64,000 bases of DNA from Chlorokybus atmophyticus (lineage: Eukaryota > Plantae > Mesostigma and Chlorokybus algae): assembly GCA_009103225.1 (NCBI GenBank), contig RHPI01002533.1, positions 84,123-148,122 of the forward strand, read 5' to 3'. Of this stretch, positions 40,606 to 53,253 are shown in pieces. The notes beneath the pieces are model-generated. The model saw nothing but the letters and a program-made list of their open reading frames with translations. It did not search any database and was not told the DNA's origin. Position numbers and translations under genes: made by a program. Within the stretch, counting starts at the first letter, position 1, and the number at the start of each line of letters is the position of its first letter.

Positions 40606-42999
40606 TATATAACAATATTAGGCATCCGATATGTAGTACCATAGTAGACAATACTAATAGTAAGATGTGCATACGTATGTGTCTTTGCACGTGTCCTTAT
40701 GATGTAAATAATAGCATATTTACATCAATGTCAGTAGAATGTCAATATGCAGTCAATTTTGTCACTACTCAGGAGTGCCCTTACCGCGTACACTTTGCGG
40801 ATTGGACACATAACCATTAAGATCAATGTCGATTTGCAAGAAGCTTCTTTTCTTCCTATTTACGTGTGATGTGGAAATTTAGTATCTCGTGTACGCACGA
40901 TTATATCGCAAGGTATATATCCAGTCGCGCAAATGAATAAAGATGACGGGTATCTCACTTCCAATCATTTGCAAAAACGCTTCAAAATAAATGGAGATAC
41001 TTATTGACTTGCGTATGCTAATTCATCTCAACTTTAAATAATCAATCAAACCATATGACGATTGCAACGTGTTTACAAAAATGGTGTACAAAGTAAGCAA
41101 TGAGATGAGACATGCACAACACATGCAGCAATGTTAAATGGCGTTAGTCCGATTATTAACATCACCCCCACCACCACCGGGCTATGCATACAAAGCAAAA
41201 AGCCATAAATCAAGTTGCCACCTATCTTCACTGATGTTTGGAATGTATGTGAGCCGGTTTAGATTGCATGTGCATGGCAATAAGATCATATACCATATGA
41301 CATTTGCAGTGTGGATGTATATTGTGCTCGAAAATGGAAAGTGATGGCCCATCACATTGGGGGCCATGTCTATAAGTTCTGTACATGAAGGGCCTGCAGC
41401 AAGTTGCTGCGGAATCAGCTTCGTCAGCGGCACGCTTGCCAAGCTTTAAATCCTCGTAAGAACAGATTGGTTTGCAGCAGACTATTCCGTTGTGCAAAAA
41501 ATTCCACGTCCTTTACACCGCATTCACGATCTTACCACCAGCGGGCCACGTGACGAGTAATAGCCCATTATCCATGCGCCAAGACAACAGCGCAACAAAG
41601 CGGAGCCAAGGAGTGGGCATTTGATTGCTTGCAGTCGCGAATGAAACATGGGTCGCTTCTTATGTCACCTGATGGTTGTAAACAACCAAACCGGTGATTG
41701 GGCCAACTCCAGCTTGGTGTGCAGTAACCATTGCCAGCAGCCTTCAACAAGGCTGATGGAACCACCAAGTGCGCAACTAATGCTTTTGTTAATACACGTT
41801 AGATACAAAATTAAAAATAACTTTTGGAAGGCTGACATTCAAAACATCGTGGGGGCCTTAATGTCATCCTTGAGTTCTCAAGCATTGTACTTCAAGAAGC
41901 CTTTGCTTATGTCCAAAATGTCTGCCCGGCGTGCCAGCGCTTCAACAACCCAACCTGGCTCGTTTATGGCGTCAATTATCGCGATGTCATGGAACTATGT
42001 ATCCAGCTTAACACAATTAGCCAACTGCGAGCGGTTGCTTAACAAATCTCGTCATATGAACAAGGGTATCGATGTCATACGCGCACGCGTGCGCATACAT
42101 ACGCACACATACGCATACACACTCTATTCAAGCATCCAACAGGCACAACATTGTAAATATAAAAGTTACAGTTTTTTTTTAGAGCCGTCTACACCTGCTT
42201 TGAATCAGTTAATATCATAATGAACCAACGACACATGCACATGCGTGAAACTTATAGCATGCAACATTGGCTTCAATGACAAAGCAATTACGACGATTAG
42301 TGATTATTTACATGTCCATCAAGACCAATAGGTAACATGCATACATGCATACTACACAACAGATGGATTGGGGCCAATCAATCAAGCAAGCAAGCACAAC
42401 ACATTTAAGCTCGATAATACAGCACTTGTTGCTTGGGTTTGTTTTGGCATCAAGCAAAACAAAAACGATGGGTTGGGGGGCCCCACCAAGTTTTAGCTAA
42501 GTGCACTAGCTATAGACCGGGGAGGGAGGAGTGTGGGCAGAGGGAAGGGGGAAGGGGCAGCGGCAAGCAGCAAAGGAAGCACCTACAGAGCACCGCGGGG
42601 GAGAAGAAGGGATATGTTGGCTATCCACCGCCGCCGCCACTCACGACGACGACGACTGTGCAACTGCTAATGCCCCCGAGAGTTTGAGCGGCTGCCCGCG
42701 CTTTTATTCCCTGCACGTTAGTCACTCACAACAGGCAATGATCAGGGTTGGTAGTCAAAACGCGCCTTGCGAATTTAGCAGGGACGCGCACAACAGGGCA
42801 TCTTCGCAGTGCACATGGAATTGCTGCGAGCTGTGCATTGACTCGACGTATATGCGGGCAATGAATCTGCTCCCCACACTCACTTACCCATCACTTACCC
42901 GTACTTACCTGTTGTCGTTATCATGTGCTGCTTGGTAGATAGGTGGCTGACATGCGTCACCCTGTGCTGGTCGGAATTGCTGCCTTATCCAATCTATGC

Positions 43000-43490
43000 A
43001 CCACCATTACATGGACAAGTCAGTCACGCGAACCATAGGTGGTCACAACCGTCGTGACCACCAGTTCATAGCTCAGGACCACACTCGCGGCCATACGTCC
43101 ACAGTATGGCACGAACACCACAGCATATATAATCCGCCGTCATTACCTCGTCCATGGTTCGCGAACCATACTGGTGTGAATATAACGGAAAGTTACAACC
43201 AGTGTGGTGTAAATTTTCAGTGCCAATATGGTCATGACGTTTAAGCCATGCGTGGTGCAGACATTCACGACAAGAGCGGCATGACAGTCACACCGTATAT
43301 GGTCCACCGTCATCACCTCATCCATGGTTCGCGAACCATACTGGTGTGAATATAATTGAGCATCACAACCCGTATGTCATGACAGTTACACTAGTGTGGC
43401 CTGGCGTGCCCCACTCAGTATGACTTGGCAATTACACCACATGTGGTCTTGCATATCATTGCCAGTATGATATGACCGTCACACCTGTCA
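43000..43490. repeat. Degenerate subrepeat block: ~47-bp units plus two ~49-bp repeats containing a 16-bp palindrome
   Basis: 43137-43185 is nearly identical to 43307-43355, and each contains ATGGTTCGCGAACCAT. 43434-43485 resembles the 47-bp units at 53701-53848. Confidence 0.75.
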
Positions 43491-44340
43491 TGCCATCTAC
43501 CCTCGCATGCCAGTCCTTCTCGAGCATGCCTACACCCAGCCCCACGCCCGGGCTACCAGCATGAAGACCGCGCGAGCCCCAGCCTACTGCTAGCTACTGT
43601 ACCGCTCATGTAGCATGTAGCTAGGGCTACTTTATAGACCTGCCTGTAGGGACCGCGCGTAGCTGATCAGTTGTAAGTCTGTTAATGACACATGTGCTAT
43701 ATCGAGTCTTAGGAGATTTCCGAAATAGCATGAGGCCTCGATGTGACCGTTGGCCTAGTGCCCGCGTGGCACTGCACAGTCATGATTTGACATGTATAAG
43801 TAGGAAGTCACGTCACCGGACTAGCTGGTGACACTGTAAGTGAGTACTAGGAGTACCAAGAAGTAAAGACTTTGTTTCTAAAGAGCTTGTGAAGCGACTT
43901 GAACTGGAAGCACGCTGCCCCGGTTGCCAAGAATTCCCTTACTGCGTGAGACACGGTGCATGCTCTTGTGCGATGTGCCTGTCATTGCTGTGAGCTTGAC
44001 GGTGGTGTGTTGTTTCAGTAGTCAGGGTGTTGTATCCACGTGTTGCACACTCATTCACCTCACTTAACAGTGTATCATTCTATCCACTCATGCAAAGAAC
44101 TGTGTCCACAGCACTACCTATCGTAGTGGCTTGTTGACTTACAGTGTCACCCTCTTTGCACAAGTGAGTGTGTTGCGATCTGCATTAGATAGTGCAGTCT
44201 GCACCCAGGGATAGATCGCTGGGCATTCGTTATCATTGTCATCACATAGTGCGCACAAGCACTAATGTGTTGGGTGGTAACAGCATCACTATAGACGGTA
44301 GAGCACAAGCACTCTACCCTTTTACCTCTGGACCAGCTGT

Positions 44341-46180
44341 ATGAGCAGGCCCACCCCGTTCTCCCCAATAGACGAGGGTGACCTCAGCAGTCGGAGCCCA
44401 ACCACCAACCTCACCTACGAGCGGACCAGTGACGGGAGCATCGACCGCAGCAGCAGAGGCTCGCGCTCCATCTCCAGCTTCACCCCGCTCCACTCTACTC
44501 CTCGTCATCAAGCTTCTCCACTATCATCGGACAGCGACGACAACGAGATGGAGTCTTCCTATTCAACCACATCCCTGCGCTTCTCCGGACGTGCCGGCAC
44601 CACCTCGCTGGATGAGTTCATCATCAAGTTCCACTCCAAGATGCGGCAGAAAGCTCTGAAGAACAAAGACTGGTCAGATGAGATCTCTTTCCACATTGCT
44701 GCTCAGTATCTTGATCATGAAGCACACGATGTCTGGAAGTCCGTTGCTGAACTGCATCGAGTAGACGGCTATGGCGAGCTTGCCAGCACCATAGCATCTG
44801 CATCTCTGCACCGTCCAGCAGGTGTCGTTCCACCTGCCACTTCAGTTGCAGTAACAGGCTTGTCCATAGCTGCAGCTCTCAAGCAGGCAGAGGAGGAGGA
44901 ACCAGAGTTGGTACTTGTCAACTTTACCCCTGCAGAATTTGAGTCCAAGGAGGCCACAGTCGAGTCCGCATCCTTGACCGTTCTGCCATCATCATTGAGG
45001 AACAAAGAGCTGTACAGCAAGCGGCAGCCGCAGAGTGGGGTACTCCTCTACCTCCAGCAACACCTGGCTCTCGTGCAGGAGGCAGCGCTTTCACCCTCGG
45101 GTCAGTAGCACTGCGCGCACCAGCCATCACCGTAGGTGCTGCCATCTCTGATTCTCCACTCAAGGACCTGTACGCTGCCCTGCGCCGCACCTTCCCTTCT
45201 CAGACCACCACCAAGGTTGAGGAGCTGAGACGCTTCCGACGCAAGCCCAATGAGGATCCCCTCCGCTTGTACTCCAGACTGGAAGGTCTGCTGAAGGACA
45301 CTGACTACAAGATTGTCAGTGAGGAGGCTGCTGCAGTGATATACGCCAATGAGTTGGATGCTGCTCTGAGCGAGTCGACACGCCCGACTCCGAACTACAG
45401 CAGGCCCCTTGGTTACACCCTCAAAGAAGCCTAGAGACTGCACAAGCCATCCACAAGCGCTTGGTGTATGAGAAGGCAGTGCTGGACACCAACCGCAGCG
45501 CCGCACGGCCTGTAGTCAGCACGACAACTGAGCTTCCTCGCCGCGACCGTGGCCGGGACGCTCCACCAGCACGCGACAAAGGGAAACGGTCAGCTCATGC
45601 TGCACTTGCTGCCCCTGTGCTGTGTCATCGCTGTGGACGGCATGGGCACTACCAAAAGGAGTGCACCGAAGAATACTCAACTTTGGTTTGCGACCACTGT
45701 CACAAGACTGGTCGTTTGGAGTCAGTCTGCTGGCTCAAGTTCCCAGAGTTGAGGCCCGCCAACAGCTACAACCACAACTACTCCGGTGGCTACAACAGCA
45801 ACAACACTGGAGGCCACACTGGCAACAACTTCAGTGGCTACAACAGCAACAACACTGGAGGCCACACTGGCAACCACTTCAGTGGCTACAATAGCAACAA
45901 CACTGGAGCCCACAATAGCAACAACGCTGGTGGCAGTAACAACTACAACAACGCCAGTGTTCGCAAGGAAGAGCAAGGCTACAGGGGGAAGAATAGACCT
46001 CCTCAGCGTAAGGGACCAGAGACACGTCCGCGCGTTGCTGCTGTTGCCGCCAAGGCTTCATCCAACCCACCAGCTGATGACCATATGGCAGCCCTGATGG
46101 CGCGTATGGCACGCTTGGAGGAAGACAAGGAGCAGGACTACCGCGCCTGCCCGATGGGCGCTGGTGGCTGCAAAACGTGA
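44341..46180 (+). pseudogene. gag: Gag (frameshifted near 44975 and 45430) with two Zn knuckles and N/G-rich repeats
   Basis: LDEFIIKF..W..IAAQYLDHEAHDVW; LRRFRRKPNEDPLRLYSRLEGLL (frame missing from the ORF track); CHRCGRHGHYQKEC and CDHCHKTGRLESVC. Confidence 0.8.
45788..45915 (+). repeat. In-frame 48-bp tandem repeat (GYNSNNTGGHTGNNFS x ~2.6)
   Basis: Units at 45788-45835, 45836-45883 and a partial unit from 45884. Confidence 0.92.
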
Positions 46181-48399
46181 GAGAGACAGGACCACTCCGT
46201 CCCGCGTGCAACCATCACGACGAGCACGGGGGGAAGCTGCAACAACATCAGCAGGCACCTCCTCCGAAGCCACCAGTGGGGCTGCCTCCGCAGCAACAGC
46301 CACACCGGCTACAACGTCGACTCCACCAACGTCAGCGGCACCCACTCCAGTTGCACCACAACCTGGTACACCGATGGACACCGTGACACCGACACTGGTG
46401 AGCACAATGGCAACAGTCGCCATCTCTACCGAATCTGCACCAGCGAGCGGTGCACTTCCCACTGCAGCAGTGCCTCTGCCCGTAGGCGTTGAGACAACTC
46501 TCGCACCACCGACCGGTACCGTCGCAACTGCCACAATTGCCATCATCGAGCCCGCTGTCTCTGCAGCAACGCGCGCAGCCACTCTGCCCGCTCTCGACGT
46601 CACTCAGGCTGTCCCAACTGGTCAGCAAGCTGAGCGAGCATGAGAGACCGTCCTGCGCGGAGCAGACCCCACTACCATCGCCTTCGGTCGGGGGGGGGAG
46701 CGCACCACGCGTGTCGCTCGCGATGATCGCGTCTTCCCGCTACCAGAGGTTCACACCCTTCCAGCACTCACTCAACACCAACTGGAAGATGAGATCCTTG
46801 CTGGCACTGCACCTCCGATGCGTGACAGGGTGTTTTTGATCAGCTACAGCCCACCGGTAGTGTTGGAGTTGGCCCTGCAGCTGTTCTGGGCGCTGCACAA
46901 CAACATGCAGACCGCCCCGCACCAGTCTGCACGCATGCCAACCACCACCTTTTAACCCAGCCCGCTGGACACGTATCGGGACCGCCGAGACACCGTCCAG
47001 CAGCGCATCGCCGACGCAGCCGACCTGCCTTTGGGCACTGATGAAGCACTCGGACCTCCTACAACCGCTCCCCTTCATCAGCGCTACCACGCACTGGAAC
47101 AAGCATATCATTGGCGACAGGATCAAGCTGCCGCCATTGCTGCACGTGAGCAAGCTCTTGAAGCTACGCGTGCACCAATACCTCAGTCACCAACTACTGG
47201 TCCATCCTCCAGCACCACTCCGCTCTTCGTCGAGACCAACTCTGACCAAGCGAGGGCGTTGGCTCAACAAACCAGGGGGGTGATCGCCCCGTTGCTGCCT
47301 GCGCTGGTGGAGGATCTACCTGAGGACCAAAGGGAGCCAGGGAGGGGCTACCTTACACCACAAGGGTGTACACAAAGAGATGGAGCAGGACTGGTTGGAG
47401 AGCAACAACTACGCACTGCTCTGTTGCGACAAGCAACCATGCTGCATCGGCAAGAAGGCATCGGACTTCGGCAGATGCTTGGGATGCGAGACAATGGCAA
47501 CGCGGCACGCGCACGGTTAGTGACGTGGCTGGTCACCAACCATCCCGCAGTCCCGTTGTTCGCTTTCGGCGCCAGATTAGCGTGGGTGGACGCATTCCTT
47601 CGCTCCATACGGCAAGCCTATGATGAAGTGGCTTCCGCCGCCACTGACACTCTGGAGGGAGCTCTGGAGGCGATACTGAGTTTGCCAGGAGTGGAGGCAG
47701 GACGTCAGCGCAGGCGCATCGCCGCTGCTTACGAGCAGCATGTCCAACAGCCAGAGACCCGCCTCACTGTATGCACACGAGCAATAACAGTGCTGGAAGT
47801 GGGAGTGGTCAACGGCAGATGGGATGCTTACATGGCAGGGATCCTCAGGGTGCCCACCATCACCCACGACATGAGAGCGCGGCTCCTACGCGCAGTGTAC
47901 CTGCAGCCCATGCCTCAGAACCATCGCTATATAGACGTGGACAACAATGCGACGGCGACATGGGAAGGTACACTAGTCAGAGAGGCAGCCCATGCCGTGC
48001 GATGGACCTATGCAGAGGAGCAGGCTGCACGAGAGGCAGTCCCGCAAACACCAGGTCCTCCAGGGTTCCCGCTACAGCCACTGGCCACTCCTCCTGGCAT
48101 GACAACAGCTGCACGGAGGGTCAACCCTCCTGCACCTCCACTTGGACAGTTTGCAGCAGCACCTCCAGTGCCTAGGCCACCACGCGTGTACCAGCAACCG
48201 CGACAAGGACGGTTTGGACAAAGCCGAGGACAAGGAGGTCCACAAGATTCATCAGGCAGAGGAGCCCTGGCTGCCCTGCGGTCAGGCCCCGCAGATGAGA
48301 GTAAAGCAACAGTCTCTCCACGCAAGAGGTTCCGTCGCTGCAAGAGGCTGCGCATCAACGCTAATGCAGCCATGATCGCCAACCAAGGCAAGCACGTGA

Positions 48400-48760
48400 T
48401 CGTCAATGGGCGGGCACTCAAATGCGTGATGCTGGACACTGGAGCACAGCCCGTCATCATTGGGCGCTACCTCGCACGAGATCTCGGCATCACCAGCGCT
48501 GAGCTGCTTCCCTGTCCCTACCAGCTGGACACCGCAACCGGCAACCGCGACAAGGTGCTCGGCCTTACCAAGCAGGCTGTGAGCATCCGCCTCACCGGAC
48601 TAAACCCTTCCCACAGCACCGAGATTGTACAAAGGTGTGTGGTCACCGATGCCGGGTCCTTTGACCTACTGCTGGGACAGGACTGCAACTTCCCTGTCGG
48701 CATGGGGATGGACTGCTGGACTGAGCAGGCATGGTTTCGACCGCATTGGGATGAGGATGA
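48400..48760 (+). CDS. Aspartic protease domain of the polyprotein
   Basis: CVMLDTGAQPVIIG (DTG at 48435-48443) ... FDLLLGQDC. Confidence 0.85.
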
Positions 48761-49139
48761 TGGAGAGGAGCAGGGATTCCTACCTCTCGAACTGGTGGCC
48801 AAGGCCCGCTCGCAACGAAGGTCGGCCGCAGCAGCCACCTACAGTCCTATAAAAAGCTCACGTGTGCCTCGTGCCCGAACGCAGCCGAGGACAACTGCAA
48901 CGAGCTCGAGCCTAAACGCTGAAGAGGACTCTCCTACACCGTACGATGAGTCTCAGGAGACTGTCACAAAAGAAGTGGCCTTTCAGGAGCCATCCGAGCG
49001 TCGCTGGAGCGCACAAGTAGCAGCACACATGCTACTGACCAGGCCTCAGCTCACTGCACACTTCCCTGTCTACAAAGACCAGGCTACAGTGCAGGAGCAG
49101 TACCACATAGCTACTGGAGTTGTGGAGTTCCACATGTTC

Positions 49140-50100
49140 CGCCGACAACAAGGCATCACCGTGCTGGAGCTGTTCGGAGGCATAGGCAGTGGGCTTGCGG
49201 CTGTCCTCAACACAGGAACAACAGTCACCAAGTACCTCTACTGTGACCCTGACCCTCATGCACAGGAGGCTCTGAGCCATCATTTACGACAGCTGCACCA
49301 GCGCTACCCGCAGCAGTTACCGCTGTCGGCACTGCAAGGGAGCCAGAAGGCTCTGCCGCAGGACATCCGCTGGATTATCAAGGATCACCTGCAGGCAGTC
49401 GGCAACATTGACCTGCTGATAGCAGGATGGGAGTTTCAAGGGCACTCCAGGGCAGGCAGAGGCCACGGGCTCTCTGATCCTCGCTCACAGCTGTTCTGGG
49501 AGCTAATGAGAGTCGTCAAACTCCTGCAGACCAGTCAGATCGCTAGGCCCTTGGGCTACATCATCGAGAATGTGCACTCCGAGGATGACAAGCGGCATCA
49601 CGTCGCCAAAGCTTATCGACAAGTATGCTCCTTGCTGGGGCATCCTCTCAAAATCAACGCCGCACGTCATGGATCTCGCGCACACCGCGTCCGCGCCAGT
49701 GGACCAACCTGGCCACTGCGGAGGACCTGTTTCTGGCAGAATACCTATACAGCAATCGGCCACGAAATCTCGTCGTCGATGACATCCTGGACCCTGGACG
49801 CACAGCGCAACCGGTCACACGCCTTGACCACCACCACTTCTACCAGTGCAACCAGCCTGGTCAGCCGCGCCGCGCACTACCCACACTTGTATCCTATCCA
49901 GGCTCCTATGCGTTCCGCAATGGAGGCGACGGCATGGTGTTAGACTCCAACACTTGACAGCTGGAAGAACCCAATGCCCGCGAGTGCGAGCGTGCTATGG
50001 GATTCTTTCCAGGCAGCATCACAGGCTCCACGCTGACAACCAGTCAACAGTGTCAGTTGTTAGGGCGCGCCATGGATCAAAACAGCATGGTGTGGTACTT
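49140..50100 (+). pseudogene. Cytosine-5 DNA methyltransferase domain inserted between protease and RT
   Basis: Motif I VLELFGGIG (49167-49187), IDLLIAGWEFQGHS (motif IV position), LSDPRSQLF, motif VI YIIENV (49566-49574), and R-V-R then WTNL after a 1-nt frameshift near 49698. It continues LPTLVSY and EPNARECERAMGF...LLGRAMD (motif IX/X-like). There is an in-frame TGA at 49955. Confidence 0.9.
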
Positions 50101-50399
50101 GGAAATGTGCTTTGCTCTCCAGGACCGCCATGTGTCCTTCCAGAAGCTCGAACACCTGGCTGTGGGGTGGATTGCTCGCTTTTCAGAGACCAAAGCAGCA
50201 CACACCGCCCTCGAGACCGCCCATATGGAGGAGCAGGCAGCAGTCACTGTGGAAGACATTCCAGTGGTCGCCAACGCTACCTCGTGGTCACACGCCATTG
50301 GACCGCTAGCCATAGGCCAGACTCGAGAGCAACTCGAGGCTCTCCTCAACAAGTGGAGGAGCCAATTCAGCTTCAGTGTGAAGGAGCTGGGCATCTGCT

Positions 50400-51700
50400 C
50401 AGCATACCAGATGGACATTGAACTAGTGGACACCGAACCGGTGTTCAGAAGACAGTACCGCCTCTCCAAGCTAGAAGAAGACTTGGTGGAACAGAGGTGC
50501 AAGGCGCTGCTAGATGCAGGCCTGATCGAGGAGTCCACATCGGACTTTGCGGCCGCGACCGTCATGCCCCTGAAGAAAGATTCAGCAGGCAACTGGACAG
50601 ACCGGCGCATGTGTGGCGACTATCGCCCCCTCAACAACAAGACCAAGCAGGACAGGTATCCAATGCCTACCGCAGAAGGCATCTTTGACGATGTAGGAGA
50701 CTGCACGGTCTTTAGTATCCTGGATATGCGCCAAGGATACAACCAGATCGCTATCAAGGAGGAGGACAAGCACAAGACTTCCTTCTGGGGAAACCGGCAG
50801 CTGTACCAGTGGAAGGTCATGCCCTTCGGACTGAAGAACGCTCCGGCCAAGTTCCAGCGCGTCATGGACAAAGCCCTCAAGGGGTTGGACTTCGCATGCT
50901 GCTACATCGACGACATCCTCATCTTCAGTTACAGCAATGAGGAGCATCTACAGCACATCGAAGAGGTGCTACAGAGGCTGAAGGAAGTCGGGATGACGGT
51001 GCACCCTGACAAGTGCACCTTCTTCACCCACAAGGTACCCTACCTAGGACACATGATTGTGCCCCATGGGGTGTACGTACAGCAGGCCAAAGTGGAGGCG
51101 CTGGTGGCTATCCCTGCCCCCACAGACCTCACGCGGCTGCGGGCCTTCCTCGGCCTTGCCAACTATTACCGCCGGTTTGTCAAGGACTTTGCCAAGATCG
51201 CAAGGCCTCTCAACGAACTACTGAAAAAGGACACCGGGTTCTTGTGGAAGGAGGCACAACAGGAGGCCTTTCAGGAGCTGAAGCTCCGCCTCACCACAGC
51301 TCCCATTCTGCAACGCCCTGACTACACCAGGTCGTTCATCCTGCACACAGACTGGAGCAAGCTCGGCATGGGGGCCGTGCTCGTACAGCACGACGACAAC
51401 AAAAAGGAGCGCGTAGTGTCGTACGCCAGCCGCAGTAACAACAGTGCTGAGGCCAACTACAGCAGCTACGAAGGGGAGTGTCTCGCCGCAGTGTGGGCCA
51501 TCTCCTTCTTCCGACCCTTCCTGTTTGGACAGCAGTTCCAACTGGTCACTGACCATCAACCCCTCAAGTGGTTAATGAACAACCAGCATTTGACAGGAAA
51601 GTTAGCACGATGGGCGCTGCTGCTCCAGGAGTACGACTTCGAGGTGGAACACCGCGCAGGCCTTGCCAACCAGGATGCGGATGGCCTCAGCCGTAACCCC
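50400..51700 (+). CDS. pol: Reverse transcriptase and RNase H
   Basis: RMCGDYRPLN, LDMRQGYNQI, MPFGLKNAP, YIDD (50903-50914), LRAFLGLANYYRRF, LHTDWS, ECLAAVWAI, TDHQPL and EHRAGLANQDADGLSR. Confidence 0.96.
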
Positions 51701-52090
51701 CACCTCAGCACCAACGACGCCACAGGCGCCCGACATGAGTTGGGTCCTACAGCTGCACCTTCAGGTGTGGCCACCATGTTCGCTGTCGCTGCGCTACGCT
51801 TAGGACGCAGGACTCAGATCGCTGAGGCAGCAGCAGATGGGGACATGCCCGCTCTCGAGCCCGCCATCACCACCACCGATCCTTTATCAGAAGAAGCAAT
51901 CGCCGCCGACCCTGAGGTAGATGATGAGGAGCTGGCACCCACCGACACACAACAAGACATCTGGCTGGACGAGCCATCCCTCGCACTGCTTCAGACTGGA
52001 CAACTTTCAGCAGGCATGAGCGCACGCGAGAAGGACCGCGTCCGGCAACGCACTCAGCGTTACCGCTGGGCCAACGACAGGCTGTATTGA

Positions 52091-53220
52091 CGGATACAAG
52101 ATGCAGATCAGGAGGTCCCCACACCAACTGCACGTGAAGGCATCATCTCCTCCCTTCACACCGAGCTCGGGCACTTCGGTGTCAAGCGCACGGTCAGCCT
52201 GGTCAGGACCCAGTACTGGTGGTAGGGGGTGCACAGACAGGTGCGGGAGTTCGTCAGCAACTGTCAGCAGTGTGACATGGTTCGCGCCAGCCTCAACACG
52301 CACAACGCCACCTTGCATCCCCTTCCCATTTTCGGGTTGTTCTACCGCTGGGGACTGGACATCCTCGGAGACCTAGCGCCCTCAGCGCGAGGCAACCGCT
52401 ACATCCTCGTCATGATCGAGCACTTTTCCAAGTGGGTGGAGCTGGTGCCCCTGCCCGACAAGAGCAGTGAGGGAGTAGCCCAGGCTTTCCTCTCCCATGT
52501 ATTCGGACGCTTCGGCAGCTGCGCTGAAATCATCACCGACCAGGGTACGGAGTTCAGAGGAGCCTTCGACAAGCTTATCGACAGATGCTTCATCGACCAC
52601 CGTCGCACCTCACGCGACCACCCGCAGGCCGACGGCCTCGCCGAGCGTACCGTGCAGACCATCAAGAAGGCACTGCGCAAGTACGTCCTTGCCTACGAGA
52701 AGAATACCTGGGATGATCACCTCCCATGGGTAGCAATGGGCTACCGGCTGTCCAAGCAGGCAGCCCTGCGAGAGTACAGCCCATACTATCTACTGTTCGG
52801 AAGGCAGCCATTGCTCCCTTTCCGCGCACAGCAGGAGGTCGACAGAGTGGTGGACAATCTCGACAACCCCGACGAGATGGTGTATGATCTGACAATGCGC
52901 AGTGCGCTGTTCGAACACACAGTCCCCATGGCCTTCAACAACTTGCGCATCGCGCAGCACCGCGACACGCTGCGTTACGAGCGTGTGCGCAGTGGTTTCT
53001 ACAAGGAGCGGGAGCGCCGCTTCGAGTCAGGAGACTTCGTCTACCGTATGGCGTCTACACGCGACACCCTCGATACCTCCGTCGGGCGTGCTGTCTACAA
53101 GGTATTGAAGGTGCACCCCACAGGGGTACTGGACCTACTGGAACAACGAGGCGAGCGCATGAAGGACAACATGGTCAACTGCGCGCCCTGTCATCTCCCT
53201 ACATTGCTGGCTTTACCAAG
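52091..53220 (+). pseudogene. Integrase (HHCC + DDE core), interrupted by stops at 52088 and 52223
   Basis: HTELGHFG..YWW*GV..NCQQC; WGLDILG, IITDQGTEF, GLAERTVQTIK and PYYLLFGR. Confidence 0.93.
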
Positions 53221-53253
53221 ATCCAGCACCCGCGTCCGCTGCGCAGCACCCGA

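Noticed and set aside
41228-42220. ORFs of 86-190 aa and a stop-interrupted minus-strand frame
   Set aside because: No recognisable motifs. It may be a decayed gene but cannot be supported.
44276-44284. TGGTAACAG as the PBS of the DNMT element
   Set aside because: It is not preceded by a recognisable LTR end, and the match is too short to call.
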